Both the position numbers and the translations under genes were made by a program. From contig JAPETS010000008.1 in the NCBI GenBank assembly GCA_026023565.1, positions 372,001 to 436,000 of the forward strand: a stretch of 64,000 nucleotides of DNA. The letters are read 5' to 3'. The notes below the pieces were generated by a model that was not told the origin of the DNA, searched no databases, and worked only from the letters and a program-made list of their open reading frames with translations. Shown here piece after piece: positions 1-13,563 of this stretch. How positions within the stretch are numbered: position 1 is the first letter of the stretch; each line of letters starts with the position of its first letter. The DNA comes from Cirrosporium novae-zelandiae (Eukaryota).

Positions 1-192
1 TTCGACTTCCCTCCATCATGGGTCCCCGTCCTAGGACCACAAAACGACTGTATTCCTGGAAAAGAAGCGGACAGTATGAGTGTCTGGTACTCAGAACCAT
101 CCCAACTACAACAGGTCGATGAAGAACAGCTAAACTACCCTTACTCCGGTGACGCGCCACAATATTATTCTAGTGCATCCCAATATCCTTGA
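1..192 (+). CDS. 3' end of an unidentified protein-coding gene (partial, enters from the left)
   Basis: Frame 1 is open from base 1 to TGA 190-192 (FDFPPSWVPVLGPQNDCIPGKEADSMSVWYSEPSQLQQVDEEQLNYPYSGDAPQYYSSASQYP*), followed by U-rich 3'UTR-like sequence. Family not recognised. Confidence 0.55.
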   Translation, partial: FDFPPSWVPVLGPQNDCIPGKEADSMSVWYSEPSQLQQVDEEQLNYPYSGDAPQYYSSASQYP

Positions 193-2387
193 CTACGCGC
201 TTTTGGTTTATTTTGATGTCACGGGTGTATGATAAGGAGGTTTATTGATGACGAAGATATTGTTGGTTTCAGATACCTAGTGACTAAGTGGCACGAATAT
301 GGAATGTTTTGTTGTCCACTCACGCAGTCCAGTCGAAGTTTGGATGTGTTATAGGTGACAGAAGCTTCTATAGCAACTGTAATGACTAATGGGAGCAAAA
401 AAAAGGGGATGGTATTGGAAAATAGGTGGAGTCCTGGCTTCGTATTTTTTGATAGTCGTGAAGGAAACCACGACAGTGTATCTGCCTAGGGGGCTACGAA
501 ACACATGAGTTCACGCGATCATAATCGTTCGTCAATTCACCAAACTGCATCTAGAGGGAGTATGGCTCTCCAACCCTCTCTCCGCTGTATATACTCCGCT
601 ACAAATACCCAAACCAGCTACCTCATTTCGATGTGTTCCGGTCTTTCGATTCAGGAAGCTGCGCCTAGCGTCTACCAAAGATCTACACTAATGATTAACC
701 AGGTCACTTACACCAAGTCCTGCAGGTTGGGTTCCATTAATGCCTATGTAAAAGAATCCACAGAGTGTCATTAAACATAGGTTCTTCTAGTGATTTTATT
801 GGCTTCTCGATTTCGATTAAACATATCCAACCATGCACTATTCATAGGACTGACAAGATATCCTAGAAAGGTTGCACACGGTGGCACTTAAAATGCGCCC
901 ATTGTGGGGGCAAGCCTCAGAAACTCATCGATGAAGCTTATGATTCTCCATGTCAGGAATGCCATGTCTATACATATATATTTGTGAATGGCTAGACGTG
1001 AACCTGTGATTATCTGTGGATATTAGCGTTTGATGGCGTCTCCCTTCTGATCCTATTATGTGTCATGTGAAGATGCTCAATGCGAAACTATGTCTCCTAA
1101 TTTTAATCCTCATGGATTGGCTTCTGAGACATAGGAAATACCTCATGCAGAGGAGTTGAAACATTTCACCTTTCACAAAGCAGCCACAAGAAAAAGCACA
1201 CATCATTGACCTTATGATTTCTTCACTAATCATTGAAGCCACATCCAAAGGCAAGCTAGGATTGGCAATTACTGAATTGTAGGGAAAATTATACCAAGGT
1301 GTTTGTGATCACAATCACTAATGACATTCTAAATGTCCTAGACTTTTGTTGGGAGTCCTCTTAAGAATTATCTGATAACTGGCTGTGTCCTGACGAACCT
1401 GCATTGTTCTTCCACTAAAGTATGGGTGAAACTGGTATTGGTATTGTTGTGTCTGTGTAACAAGTTCCATCGGTTGAGTTAGCAACAAGTTCAGATTAGA
1501 AAGACCTGAAACAAAATATGGATTTAAACCAAATCATTTTCCGGTGGAAATGGACTGTCGCATTTGAGATTTCGGGGAGGCCCCCAGGTAAAATTGGTGA
1601 CTAGTCAATGTGCCTTCATTTTTATAATACACTTTTAACCTCCTCACAAAGCAACGTCAAAGCCTTACCTATCTTACTCTCTTCATTCAAACTCAGGTTG
1701 TGGTTCCCTTATTACTAATGTAACAACATCAGCAGAACAACATCGAGAAATACCCAAGGAACCCAAATACCGCTATTCCCAACATGAATATGCATGAAGG
1801 AGCGCAGAATGGAGGCTCACGTGCAAAGAGCAATGCCGCCCCCGCGAGGCGGAGCAGTGTTGCCAACGAAGAAATAAACGTTGGTAAATTTCCCACATTG
1901 ACTGGGATAGGAGTCTTAGGTCAGTTAGCCCAGCATAAATCAGATCTCTTGGAACGTGACCTTCGCCCAGCAACTTAGGTCTACACGAAGCAAGGGATAT
2001 CTACCGAACTTTTGTAACAATATTCAGTAGCGATCAAGCAACTCCTAGTCCTTAGTGATGACAAGAAAACCGTACAGGTTGAAAGGATGAAAAGCAGTGG
2101 CAAGACATCCAGGCGCAATACTATCCTTTTTCCTTGTTGTTTTGAGTAAGTCTTTGGTATGTTAAGTGTAGAGATATAGAAACAAGAGCATATGCTTTAG
2201 CAGGATGAGGTCTATGGAACCATTTCAACTAGTCCTGAAGCTCATGTTTAACAGCCTGGCACGTCTCCGAGTCCGAACGAGCGAATAGGGCTGGGGTTTG
2301 CGTTAATAATAGACATATCTGTGTTAAATTTCAGGTTTACACATACTGGGTCTCGGAAAGGCATATCTGTATCTGCGTAGATCTTTG

Positions 2388-3089
2388 TTATCTCCCTACA
2401 CTCTGAAGCTAAGGCAATTAATCCGAGGTTAAGAAGAAAATAGTGATGATAACAGTTGATAAATTATGCTCCTTTTGAACGCAAACTTTGACTGTACAAA
2501 GCTGGAAAGAGATAACGATAACAATAATAGGGTTTTATTCGTAGCACATGCGAATCCACGTCGAATGCCTAGGTACTTTGTCTTATCATTGAACGAAAGT
2601 ATGTTGATATTGTGTCATAATCGACATTTGAGAGAGAAAAAGGCACAATAGATTAACCAATTATCTAATGTGTGCAGGTTGAGACATTTCCGAGGTTTCT
2701 TAGGGTAGACAATGCCATGTCCATGTCATCATAGCATGGTCCTTGTAATCGAGATATTAAATAAAGTGACGTGTATAATTATAAATGAGAAAATCCCGTT
2801 TCCTCTTTCAATAATAGACGAATGATTATTGTTATTAAGGGCATGAGAGGGAGAAAGGGAGAATCAAAACTTGGATAAAGGCTGGTTGGCGGAAATCTAG
2901 CCTTTGCCTCCTACCCCACGATTGACCCCGATAGGCAATGCACACCCCAGGACCGACCTTTTCATTGTTTGCTGCGGTATCTCGGCAACGCCCAGGACAA
3001 TTATGTTTATCTCCAATGTTATCAAAGCCAACTGGCAAGTTACCAATGATACTTACCCACGTCTATTTATTTGATTTTTCTTCTTATCT
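2388..3089. promoter_or_regulatory. Cluster of HGATAR (GATA-factor) sites
   Basis: 11 HGATAR/YTATCD hexamers counted by eye at about 2388, 2447, 2457, 2510, 2516, 2583, 2661, 2929, 3007, 3019 and 3084; TATATA near 3104. Confidence 0.4.
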
Positions 3090-6000
3090 TTCTGGCTGAT
3101 TTCTATATAGTACCTGTGATATCCCACTTTCTGTGTGCTTTTATTTTCTTCCTGGTTTGTTCTAGTTCGTACTGAGCACCCTTTACAGGGACACTTTGAA
3201 AACCCAAAATATTACCTCACACTCGATATTAGATCCTCTTTACTCCTTTGTTTTTTGAGCCCTGCAGTGTCAACAATGGCCTTTGATCCTGCCGCCCTGA
3301 TTCCTAGCGACAGTCACACCGCCATCGTGAAACATATATGTCTTGTTCGAGGACCTCCCGGGTATACTTTCGTTCCAAGCTCAATACGCACAGCAACAAT
3401 TATTATGTCGGACACAATTTCAATGGATATTTCCAGGTCATGGAGAATGGACACCAGTTTACACACATTTATAGGTGCTTAGTCCATGAAGGGCAACTTG
3501 TCAAAATTTGCATGTGCGTTGGTGGTTTTGGACAATGCTGGGTGATGGATACACTCCTCGAAGCTGACGTAGCACCGGTCACACACTATGAAGGATGATG
3601 GATTGTCGGTAATCTGCCGTCTTGCCTTGGAAGCTCATGCATACCCAAACCTAGCGGTGCTTAACGGTCACAAGACCTATGACAAGACCAAAGAATACAC
3701 TCTTAGTACAGCAGGCTTCAGCATCGAACAGCAAAAGAGTTAATTAATGAATCGACAGATCAAAAGAATTGCATTGTTTTTTTTAACCCCAAGGATTCTA
3801 GGCATGGATCAACTTATTCAGGTGAACGTAGGAGGACATCAGATGAGGGATACAACAAAATAAACACTAGGGGCCGATCAAGTCCGTCTATTGCGATACG
3901 AGCATCAATGGGTGCCACAACAATTTGCTTGCTTTTTTTGCTGGTCAGTATATTGCAGACAAGTGGCGCAGTATGACAACGAAAAGGCTGTTGGAGAGCT
4001 GAATATTGTAGGGAACAGGACATGAACGTGGATGTGTTTTTTTCTTTTTTTTTCTTTTTTTTTCGATGGATGGATGATGTTAAGGTGGGATTCGATGATT
4101 ATTGAACGAGTCATTTTGTTCCGAATTGCGAGACCCCAGACTGTTTCTGGAAGTTTAACCGGCCAACCCACCGAGGAACGTGGGGTTTCATCCCGCTTAC
4201 TGTCATTTGTTCATTTATTTTGGTGGTAGGAAGCATGCGACCTCAAAATCCTCAAACTCGGAAAACCCTCGATTCGATTCGACTCGACCCCTCGATCTTA
4301 TGAATTAACACAAAGAAACAGAAAGAGAAGTTAGAAGAAAAGAGGGACAGAAAGAAACAACCAACCAACCAACCAATCAACCAACCAACATCAATCGTTC
4401 CCATCCTCCCATCCTACATCGGGACACCCCCCCCCAATCCCCCACTCCAGCCTCTGTTTGATTTAATACCAGACCCATTTTAAACAACCTCAATTACCAT
4501 GCCAAGATGTTGCTTTAATTAATTCAGCTGGGTCCACCGCAATTGATTTGCATACCTTTCCCAACTTTCTACTTTGATCATGGGTGCTGATTTGAAACCT
4601 GTTGATCCGGAGCACATTTTGCTCTGAAAGTTGGGCATAGTAAAAAGAGTGCCCACAATTACACCGAGTATAAGCCGCAAATTATCAACCTTTTCATTTG
4701 CTCCTCTACAGTCCCCACAACCTTGGCCCGTCCTTGATCTGGTTATTCGACATTTCCCTTAATAGACACAATCTATAGGATAAGACTACTTGAGAAATCA
4801 AGCACACGACATCACGACCCTGTTTTTTCCCCACGCTATCTAACTCTACCTTAACTGGTATAAAAATGCTTGTCTCGGAGACCCTGATACAGTGATACTT
4901 TCCTTCCAATACTCAATACGGAGCTTCTTCCTCCATAGGTCAATCGATCGAACCCCTTTACAAGCGAAGAGGATAAACACGGTCGACGACAAACAAAGCA
5001 ACCCTACTATGGGGCTCTTCAAGGACGAGTGGGTTTGGTAACACCGAAAAGGTAGCCCGATATCAGGAACAGATGCATGAGAACCTCCTACACAACCCTT
5101 ACACAATATACGGCACAAGGCTTTTACGAAGATGGCCTTGTTTTGCATGACAATGCAATAAGATGGCCATCCCCTAGGCTGACACAAGTTGGGTCTCCCA
5201 AGAATCCCCCTTCCTAGATCCCCCCCGTCACGCGTCATGTTCAGGTAGTCCGAATCTCTGGTGTTACGGGCATAACCTGGTCTTCGCTCAGATCAAGGTT
5301 ATCCCATCATCGTGTCAATTTCATAGTTTTGTTTTTACTTCATCTAATGTCCACCGGTTGCCCGACCGGCGGCGAGTTTGGTGTATTTTGTGGTCAACCT
5401 TTCCACAAAAGTGGCAGTATGTCAACTTTAAGTTCGAGCGCTGTTGATGTTCAAGGAAGCCAGGCCCTGGCAGTCGAGCCATGTGCGGTGAGAATAGACT
5501 TGCTTAATAGTTTTTTTTCTATTTATTCATTGCCAAAAAAAAGAAAAACTTAAGTATCATAAAACTGCCTTTGAAGTGGAAATTGGTGATTTTTTCCAAA
5601 GAAACAAAAATTATAAAGTTATCGCGGGTATCAAACCTCTTTCCTTTCTTCTTGTTCTTGCTATGTATGTGTGAGTGGGATTATCATACGCAAAGAATCT
5701 GTGCTACAACACTAATATCTCCCAAGGATACTGAAATGTACGGAAGTACTTCCGAGAGACTTGACTCCCAGCATTTGGGACTTTGCAGTAACTTGCAATT
5801 CTATAGTACCAGCAGTTGCGATTTGCGGATGCATATTAGGTATGGGAGATTTCCAATTCGCAGCATGTGATTGTAACATGAAGGTTTTGGTAGGTAGTAA
5901 AGTAGTCGTTAATACACGGATGGGGTGCAAGAGAAAGATCGAGACTTTCTTTTCTGGAGGCTCCACCACTGCCTGAGAAGTCAAAAAGAACTATTGTATG

Positions 6001-9000
6001 GTCGAGAGAACCCTTATCCGCCGCAACCCGTGGGAAGTTGGGTGGGGGAGCCCGGAACAATGTTTGCGACGCCCTCGGAAGAAGTAGGGATTCATTTTTA
6101 ACGAAACTTAATCTTATTTGACAACCTTTTTTGTTCTGTTTTTTACGTTAACCATGTATGTTACGGTATACACATGGTACAATCATGATACCATGTTCGT
6201 TCTAGTATTGTATTGCCTTTGGTATAACATTTTATGCTTTTTGTAATTAGCTGTGAAGGGTTATTTGGAAAAGTACCATCCGCCTCCCCAGACTCGATGG
6301 AGCGAGCTTCCAAAAAGGTCGAAACAGATCTTTCCCAGGTTGAGAATGACAAGCGTATGTATGTATGTGGATGACGGAAGTTTTTTTATATGAAGCAACT
6401 TTTTAGTTACATAGATGTAGATCTTCCCAGCGGGTGCTATGATTTAAACTAGGGGTTTTTCTGTTTTGGCTGCTAAAGTACTGTATTCGGTGCCAGAGGC
6501 GTCATTCATTTGACGTCAGCAAGCAATCAAAAGGGATAGCTTTGCTCCTCCGTTCTAAGCTGTAAATCCTCTAGGCGAGTACCCTCGGGTTGGGAAAGGG
6601 ACGCGAGTACATTGGCCCATTTTGTTTTTAATATTTTCAAATTTATGGTACCCATGCTGGTTGTCTGGTGTGTTGTATTTGGTCGTATATACCACTCGCT
6701 TCCATACGAGAAAAGCAACAAAATAGTGGCAAAAGAAAAAAAACTACTCTAAGGGGATAAATGTCTTTTTTTCTTTTTATTTTTTGAGTGCCGCAAGCCA
6801 CATTTCATGGTTCCCGTTGTCAGAAACCGGCGCCCGACCTTATGATGAGATGGATGTAACAGATGGCAGGTGGCAATTGAAAGAAAATATCATTTTACCC
6901 AAGGGAGGGCGTCGAGGTTATTCAAAAACCACAGTAGTCAAGGTACTGGAAAAAGGAATGGTAGGTTGTTAAGCAGGGTAGGGTCCTGCCCTCGGAGGTT
7001 TTGCTGCTGTCGGACTGGTCTCGAGACCCCCATGGACTATAAGTGGAGTAGAGTGACTTTGAGGGGGGATCAAAGGGGGTTTAAATTATATGGAACTAAA
7101 TGTGTCAGGCAGGGGCCATGTTAATACCAATACACCTGGTCTGTTCGGTACCGCTAGTTCCACTCATAAGCGCGGGGTGTGGGTGTGTCTTAGCTTGCAG
7201 GTCGACCTGGAGAGACAAAGTAGCTACATCTGAAGAACTGTTTTCTTGCTGAGTTGTATCAAGAACATGTGGGTTTATTCTCTTACTGGTCAATTTTTTA
7301 TTCTTCTGATCCGATGCTACAACCGATTTGATCGGGTTGAAAACAATTTTGAGACATGTTGCGCCATGAATGGAAGTGAAAGAAGAACGGCTGAAAAGAA
7401 GGTATTTTCCAGACTTTTTACTTTACAGTGGACGTTTTTGTTGTCAATTGAGCTTGATTGATTGGAGCATGTCTTTTTTTTTTTAACCCAAAAAAAAAGA
7501 AAAGAAAAAAAAAATATTATCAGCAACGCGGCAACGATAGTTTGCCAGCGCTAATAATGTAATGGAATTTGGGTTGAGAAGGCCAGTAAGATTGTTGTTG
7601 GATGGGATTTGATCAAAGGAACAGGTAGAGTAGACTGTAGACTGCAGACTGGGGACAAGGTTGATAGTCTAAGAATACTCTAATATCCGGGGACCTATTA
7701 GAGAAGGTGAGAAGCCTTAGGCTGAACATGGGCGCAGCGTGGCCAGACAGGGAATATGTATTAAACCAGAGCGAATCGGCACCAAGTGGATACAAGCTGG
7801 CGAGTCTGCCATCATTTGGTGGGAACCAGCTCCACTGCCAATGGACACCATCGACTTTTTCGACAACTTCAACGGCAAAATCATCATCCAAAGGGGGGGT
7901 GGGGGGGGTACCTTGACACAATAATCCAGTTGCTTCATATTTGATTTAAATCCACAAAAAAAAAAGGAAAGAAAAAAAAAGAGTCTACTGGTTTTATTAT
8001 ACTTACTAGGTCCCTCTAGTTTGTGACTTTTCTATTTCATCGGATTCCATCCGAACCATCAAAATAACCCAAGGTATTGGATCTACTTTGAACGATTTAC
8101 GGAACACGTCCTCCTCCTAGCAACAATCGTCCGAATTACCGCGGTGGATTCAATACGAGATCCAATGTTGGTCAAAAGGTACGTAGGCCAACTCTAAAGT
8201 GTTAGGAATTAGGGATTAACGTAGTGAATGAGCGCCTGCAATTCAAAAAGAGTTTCCCTTCAACGATCAATCTAAGGAAAACAACCACGAGCTTAAGCGG
8301 AGCATTTACCATGGTCGACTGACAGACAGCTTTGCTTTGATCATATTGCACCCAATGCACCGTCCAGTCAATCTGCCTATGCCGCATGTCCAAGTGCCGT
8401 ATTCGTAGCATTATGAAGCCAAGTTCTATTACGCCGTCCCCCGTTTAGAATGTGGAGATGGGGGTCATTGTAAATCAATTGTAAATCACTTATAAAACGG
8501 AGGAGTATTTCATTTAGGATAAAACATACGGTACAGAGGCCTATATTGAGGTACTTTTGCGCAATAGCAATGACGGTCCATTGCTCGTAGAGCTCTGCAT
8601 GCTTTGGAGGGTCAAAAGGGTCGAGAGTATAGTCAAGAGCATGCAGCATTGATGGACGATGGGTAGATTGTATGTAGGCTGTATGTAGAAGCGGAGATGA
8701 TGCTGGATTCTGGATGGAGAGCAACTGGGGGGGGTCGACCCCCACTATACAACCGGCAAGCCGCAGGGGGAGTTTACGGCATCCTCGAGGTAAACCCCGT
8801 CAGTGCCCGTCCTCGCAGACAAAGACAGCGCCGGCGGGGATCACTTGGTGGTCATTGATCCATTCATTCATCGACCACTCATAATCCATTGAAATAACTT
8901 GAAAGAACAAAAGACAAGAGGAGGGACTTTAGGGAGTGGGAATTACGGGGTATTACGGACATATGACGGATATTACCAAAGATTACCGAAGATTACGAAT

Positions 9001-10652
9001 ACCAGATAATATTTTACCTTCAAGTAGATTTCGTGCATCCTTCACTTCTTCGGGGTATCCCCCTTTGGTATTTTAGTTTTTTTCCCACTCCCTTTTTCCC
9101 TTTTTGGTGTTTTTTTTCATGTGCTTCATACCACACAGTAGGATAGATGAAATCATGAAATCAATTTAGATTTTTCCTTTGAAGCGTTGCCACCGTTTCT
9201 AACTTTTGATTTGACTTGGGGATCTTGAATTCTTGAATATTATTTCCTGCCTCACTTTTTAACCTATTAATTCTGTCTTTCTCCTGTCCTTTTTCCTAAC
9301 TTGCCTTCTAGTCTTGGTCATCTTGCATGTGCCAAAACACCCAAGTCCTTGCAAGTTTATTGCTAGAGGCATTCGAACGTCTTTAGCACCGTCCCTCGTG
9401 GCCGCTGAATCGGCTCCTAAAGATTCTAAAGTAAAACTCTCAAGACAGCTTCAAACTTTCCTAACTTGGGCGTCCAATAGCGGGATAGCGAGACTTGAAA
9501 GTTCTTCTGTGAATTCTCCCGTTGTAACCAAACCCCCCGTATCTTTCTTCAGCAGCAACAAGCAACAACAGCGGCAGCAGCAGAGCAACCACCACCACCA
9601 CCACCATTACCCACCCACCCACACACCTACCCACCAAACACCAACACCGATTCCCGACTTTATGGTAGATTGTGGTACCACTATATGCATACCATGTTGT
9701 ATTTTACGTTTTTGGAAATAAATGGAGAGAAAGTATACATATCTGTCTGTATGTATTTGTGTCGTCATGTATTGTGTATCGTGGGCTACCATGGGTATTG
9801 CCCGTATTGCCGTATGATACTATGATACCCGGTAGATTGTAAATTTCAAGAATTTCAGGAATTTCCCAGCGTGACCTTGTGTGGTTACTGATTTGGGCAC
9901 TGGGGATTACTAGTTTATTATGGCTAGTGAATTAGTTTCTTTCAGACTTTCAGACTTTCCAGACTTTCCAGACCCGTGAAATTCTTGGTCCGTAACTTTA
10001 CCAAGAATGTACCTGTAGCCGTGGACGAAAAAGAGGCGATTGTGAAGCATTGAACCCATCTGAACTCTTTGAAGCGAGCCAGAGTGACTTTGCTCACTCC
10101 GAGTACCCTGCGCATCAGTGCCATCAAGTGCCATCAAGTGTCCTTTCTAGTCTACTACTGGCAATAGGCAAATAGGCAATAGGCATAGTTAATAGCCCAT
10201 TACTGCAGACAAGGTTGTCTCTGCCCTCTCTCAGGCCTCTTCGCCATCTACCTCTCCATCCCAGGTCTTTATTCACTACTATTTCATTATTTTTGCCATT
10301 TCGCTATTTCGCTATTTCGCTACTGGCTCCGTCCCACGGCATTTCCCCATACAGTACCACCACCAACGCCAACCATCATCCTCTACGCTCTACCCTCGAC
10401 CTTCAAACTTCCTCTGTGTCTATGCTTTTCTCTGCCCGCTTCTCTCCTTCAACCTCTCAATTTTACTTAACCTCCATCACCACTTTCTAGAATTGCTTAT
10501 TGTGATCCCGTTCGGGCATGAGGATATTGATAAAAAGCCAATTGCACTCTCGGGCAGGATCCATAGTCTGACGTACTTCCCGATCGCATGTCTTGCGCCG
10601 AAACTGCTAAACTCGACACTGCCGCCGCTCCTGCTCACACTTCACATTGTCA

Positions 10653-13563
10653 ATGTCTGGAGCGCAAGATGGAGAGTGTGGGGGACTTGCCACTATGAGC
10701 GCCTCACCTCTTTCCAACAATTTCGACAATTCTACCTCGGGATCTCTTTCCAATGCGCTCGATTCCTCGTCCTCCCCCTCGCCACAAACATCTCGATTTT
10801 TTCCTTCCTCTTTCGAATCATCCTCTCCTACTTCTCCTCCGAAATCAAGACAAAGCAATAAGAACCTAGACCCGGCCGTCTACAAGTCCAAGCTGGATCT
10901 TTCGGCCAAAGACAGTGTCACCCGCCGAGACTTATTACGGTACTCGGTTTTTCCCTCTTTACACGATGATGCCTCGAGTACCGGCTTCAACAGCCCAGAT
11001 GAAATGCAGAAGAAGGACCCGCTTGGTACACAAATATGGAAGCTCTATTCTAAAGCAAAAACCCAATTGCCAAACCAGGAACGCATGGAGAACTTAACAT
11101 GGCGAATGATGGCTATGGGCTTGAGACGGTCACAACAGCAGCAGCAACATCAACAGCAGGACCTGACCCGGTTCGTCTTTAAAACTCCTTCATGTCGAAG
11201 AAGTTATAATGGGATATTCTGACTCGTATAATAGAAATGTATCCCAGCAACAGAAACCGACGCCTGGACCGAGTGGCATTGCTCAGCTGCGACAGTCAGT
11301 CGACCAAGCTTCTAAACAGCAGACCGTACAGGGAGAACCAATGAACCTTGACGATTTGATCTTTCCTACTTCTATGGGTTCACCAACTGGCATATCCCCT
11401 TCACCTGCCCACGAAGAACCGGTAACTTCAGCAGCTTCTGGGGCTACCATTGCCATACCAATTCAAACGAAGAAGGATTCCAAGGCTCATCTGCAAACTA
11501 ACTTGCCCATCGTTTCCGCTCCTCAGCCACCTGGATTACGCCCACGAAATCATGAGTTTGATTATGTGCAGCGGCATGTCCGGAAAACGAGTATAGATGA
11601 TCGAAGGGTAAGTTTTATTTAGCTGTAAACCAACATCCTCATAATTGTCTTACTGACCCCCCAGAAGCCTCTAAAACGACCCGCAGACTTCTCGCCGCAA
11701 GTAGCCCCCAGCGGTACTCCAGTAAACCAAGATCCAGACTTCGATACAAGTATGGGAGATTATAGCCTAGAACAATCAGAGCAACACCACCAATTTCACC
11801 AACCTGCCAACTCGCATCCTCAGATTCCTTTTAATATCGATACATTTAACATCAATGAAGATCCAATTCTGTCCTCAGCCGGTCCTTTCCAGCAAAACTT
11901 TAGCTTTTCTCCTGCTAGTTCTCCGTTAGTCAATAACGGCCCGTTTTCAAACCTATATAACAATGCATCAATGGGTTCTTCCTTAACAACTGCTGCGGAT
12001 TATTACTCTCCTCCTGCTTCGGGATATCCTTCCACTGCGTCCACCCCACAACCTGTGCAGGATGGCGACCGAATATATTTTGACCACCACTCGATGGGCC
12101 AGCAGCGTCAAATGCAACAACATTTTACATCTAATAGACCTTCGAATCTTTCAAATTCCATGCAGCCCCACCAATACATATTTAGTCCAAATGGGGAGCA
12201 AATGTTCAACCCTGTCAGCAGTTCTGGTCCTAACTCTGGCTTTCATTCACCTTCATTTTCGATGCAACATGTCGACCCAGCACAGGTGCTCAGTCCAGAA
12301 TATCCCCCGGGCCGGTCTCCAGGCATGCACATGAACCGTAATGATAACGTATTCGGTTTTAGCGGGGATTCAGATGATAATGAGAATGAAGAAGGAGATA
12401 CATTCGCAGACAGAACAATGATGCAGTCAGAATTTGGATCATTGGATGATCCAAATCTCGACATTCCTGGAGGATTCCAGTGGGATACACAATTGTCAGG
12501 ATCGTTCAATCCGATGGGACATAGCTTCCCAAGAACGTCCCAGAAGAAGCAGGTGACGATTGGTGGTGCAGAAATGGTTCATCACCCTCAAGATTGGAGT
12601 CAGGGAGGCTCTCTTGGCCGTGGTCATGGCTCTGCGGCATCAGTGAGCGATATTCGAAATCGTGAAACCGATCCGAGAAGACAGAAAATACCTCGCACAG
12701 CCTCTACACCTAATGCGGCCCAACTAGCTCAACAAGCTATGGCTCGAGGTGCTCAGTCTTCTCCGAATTCCCCACCTGGATCAGGCTTCAATAGTGTTGC
12801 CCCTTCTCGTCCAGGAAGTCCCAGTGGTACGAAGGGTGGTGATCAAAATGGTGTCCCTACCACGTGCACGAATTGTTTCACCCAAACAACACCACTTTGG
12901 AGGCGCAACCCTGAAGGTCACCCATTGTGCAATGCATGTGGTCTCTTCCTAAAACTTCACGGCGTTGTTCGACCCCTTTCTCTCAAAACTGATGTCATTA
13001 AGAAACGAAATAGAGGTAGTGGCAACAGCATACCAGTCGGTGGCACTTCGACAAGGTCATCGAAAAAGGCTTCTCGCAAAAATTCCGTTGCGCAAACTCC
13101 AGCTACTACCCCTCCATCTGCAAAGGCTAATAGCGTTAATAACTCCGAATCACCACCCTCGTTCCAAGGCTCTGCCAATGGAGGTTCAACTGCTGGAAGC
13201 ACTCCAACCAGTTATGGTGGCGCATCTGGTAGTACGAGTACAAAAAGCGGCGTGGTCCCGATTGCAGCTGCCCCACCAAAGCCAACTCCTCCTACAATGG
13301 TTATTGCAAATTCTAGAAGCGTGCAAGTTGCCCCAAAACGCCAGCGACGCGGTTCAAAAATCATAAATGTTCCAAGCCAAGAGACTGACATGGGCGATGC
13401 TGAGGATACGAGCGGAAAGGCGCCCATGACTCGAGCCAAGACGAGCGCAGCTCCAACCTCCGTACAAGGCAATTCGTCTTTGCCAGGTGCCGGAGTTATG
13501 GGCATGCCGTCTGGGGCGGGTCAAGGAACACAAGAATGGGAGTGGTTGACCATGAGTCTTTGA
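10653..13563 (+). CDS. areA: Nitrogen regulatory GATA zinc-finger transcription factor AreA/NIT-2 (3 exons)
   Basis: N-terminal [34 protein letters not shown] motif, [13 protein letters not shown] finger [34 protein letters not shown]-terminal EWEWLTMSL. Introns 11171-11234 and 11608-11664 (or 11667) join the three ORF-track pieces in frame. The start could be ATG 10653 or 10695. Confidence 0.97.

Noticed and set aside
1784..1978. 64-aa ORF MNMHEGAQNGG...
   Set aside because: No recognisable family and no convincing spliced model; cannot be supported.
9314..9721. 135-aa ORF with polyQ/polyH
   Set aside because: TTG start; openness is explained by CAG/CAC microsatellites; no domain.
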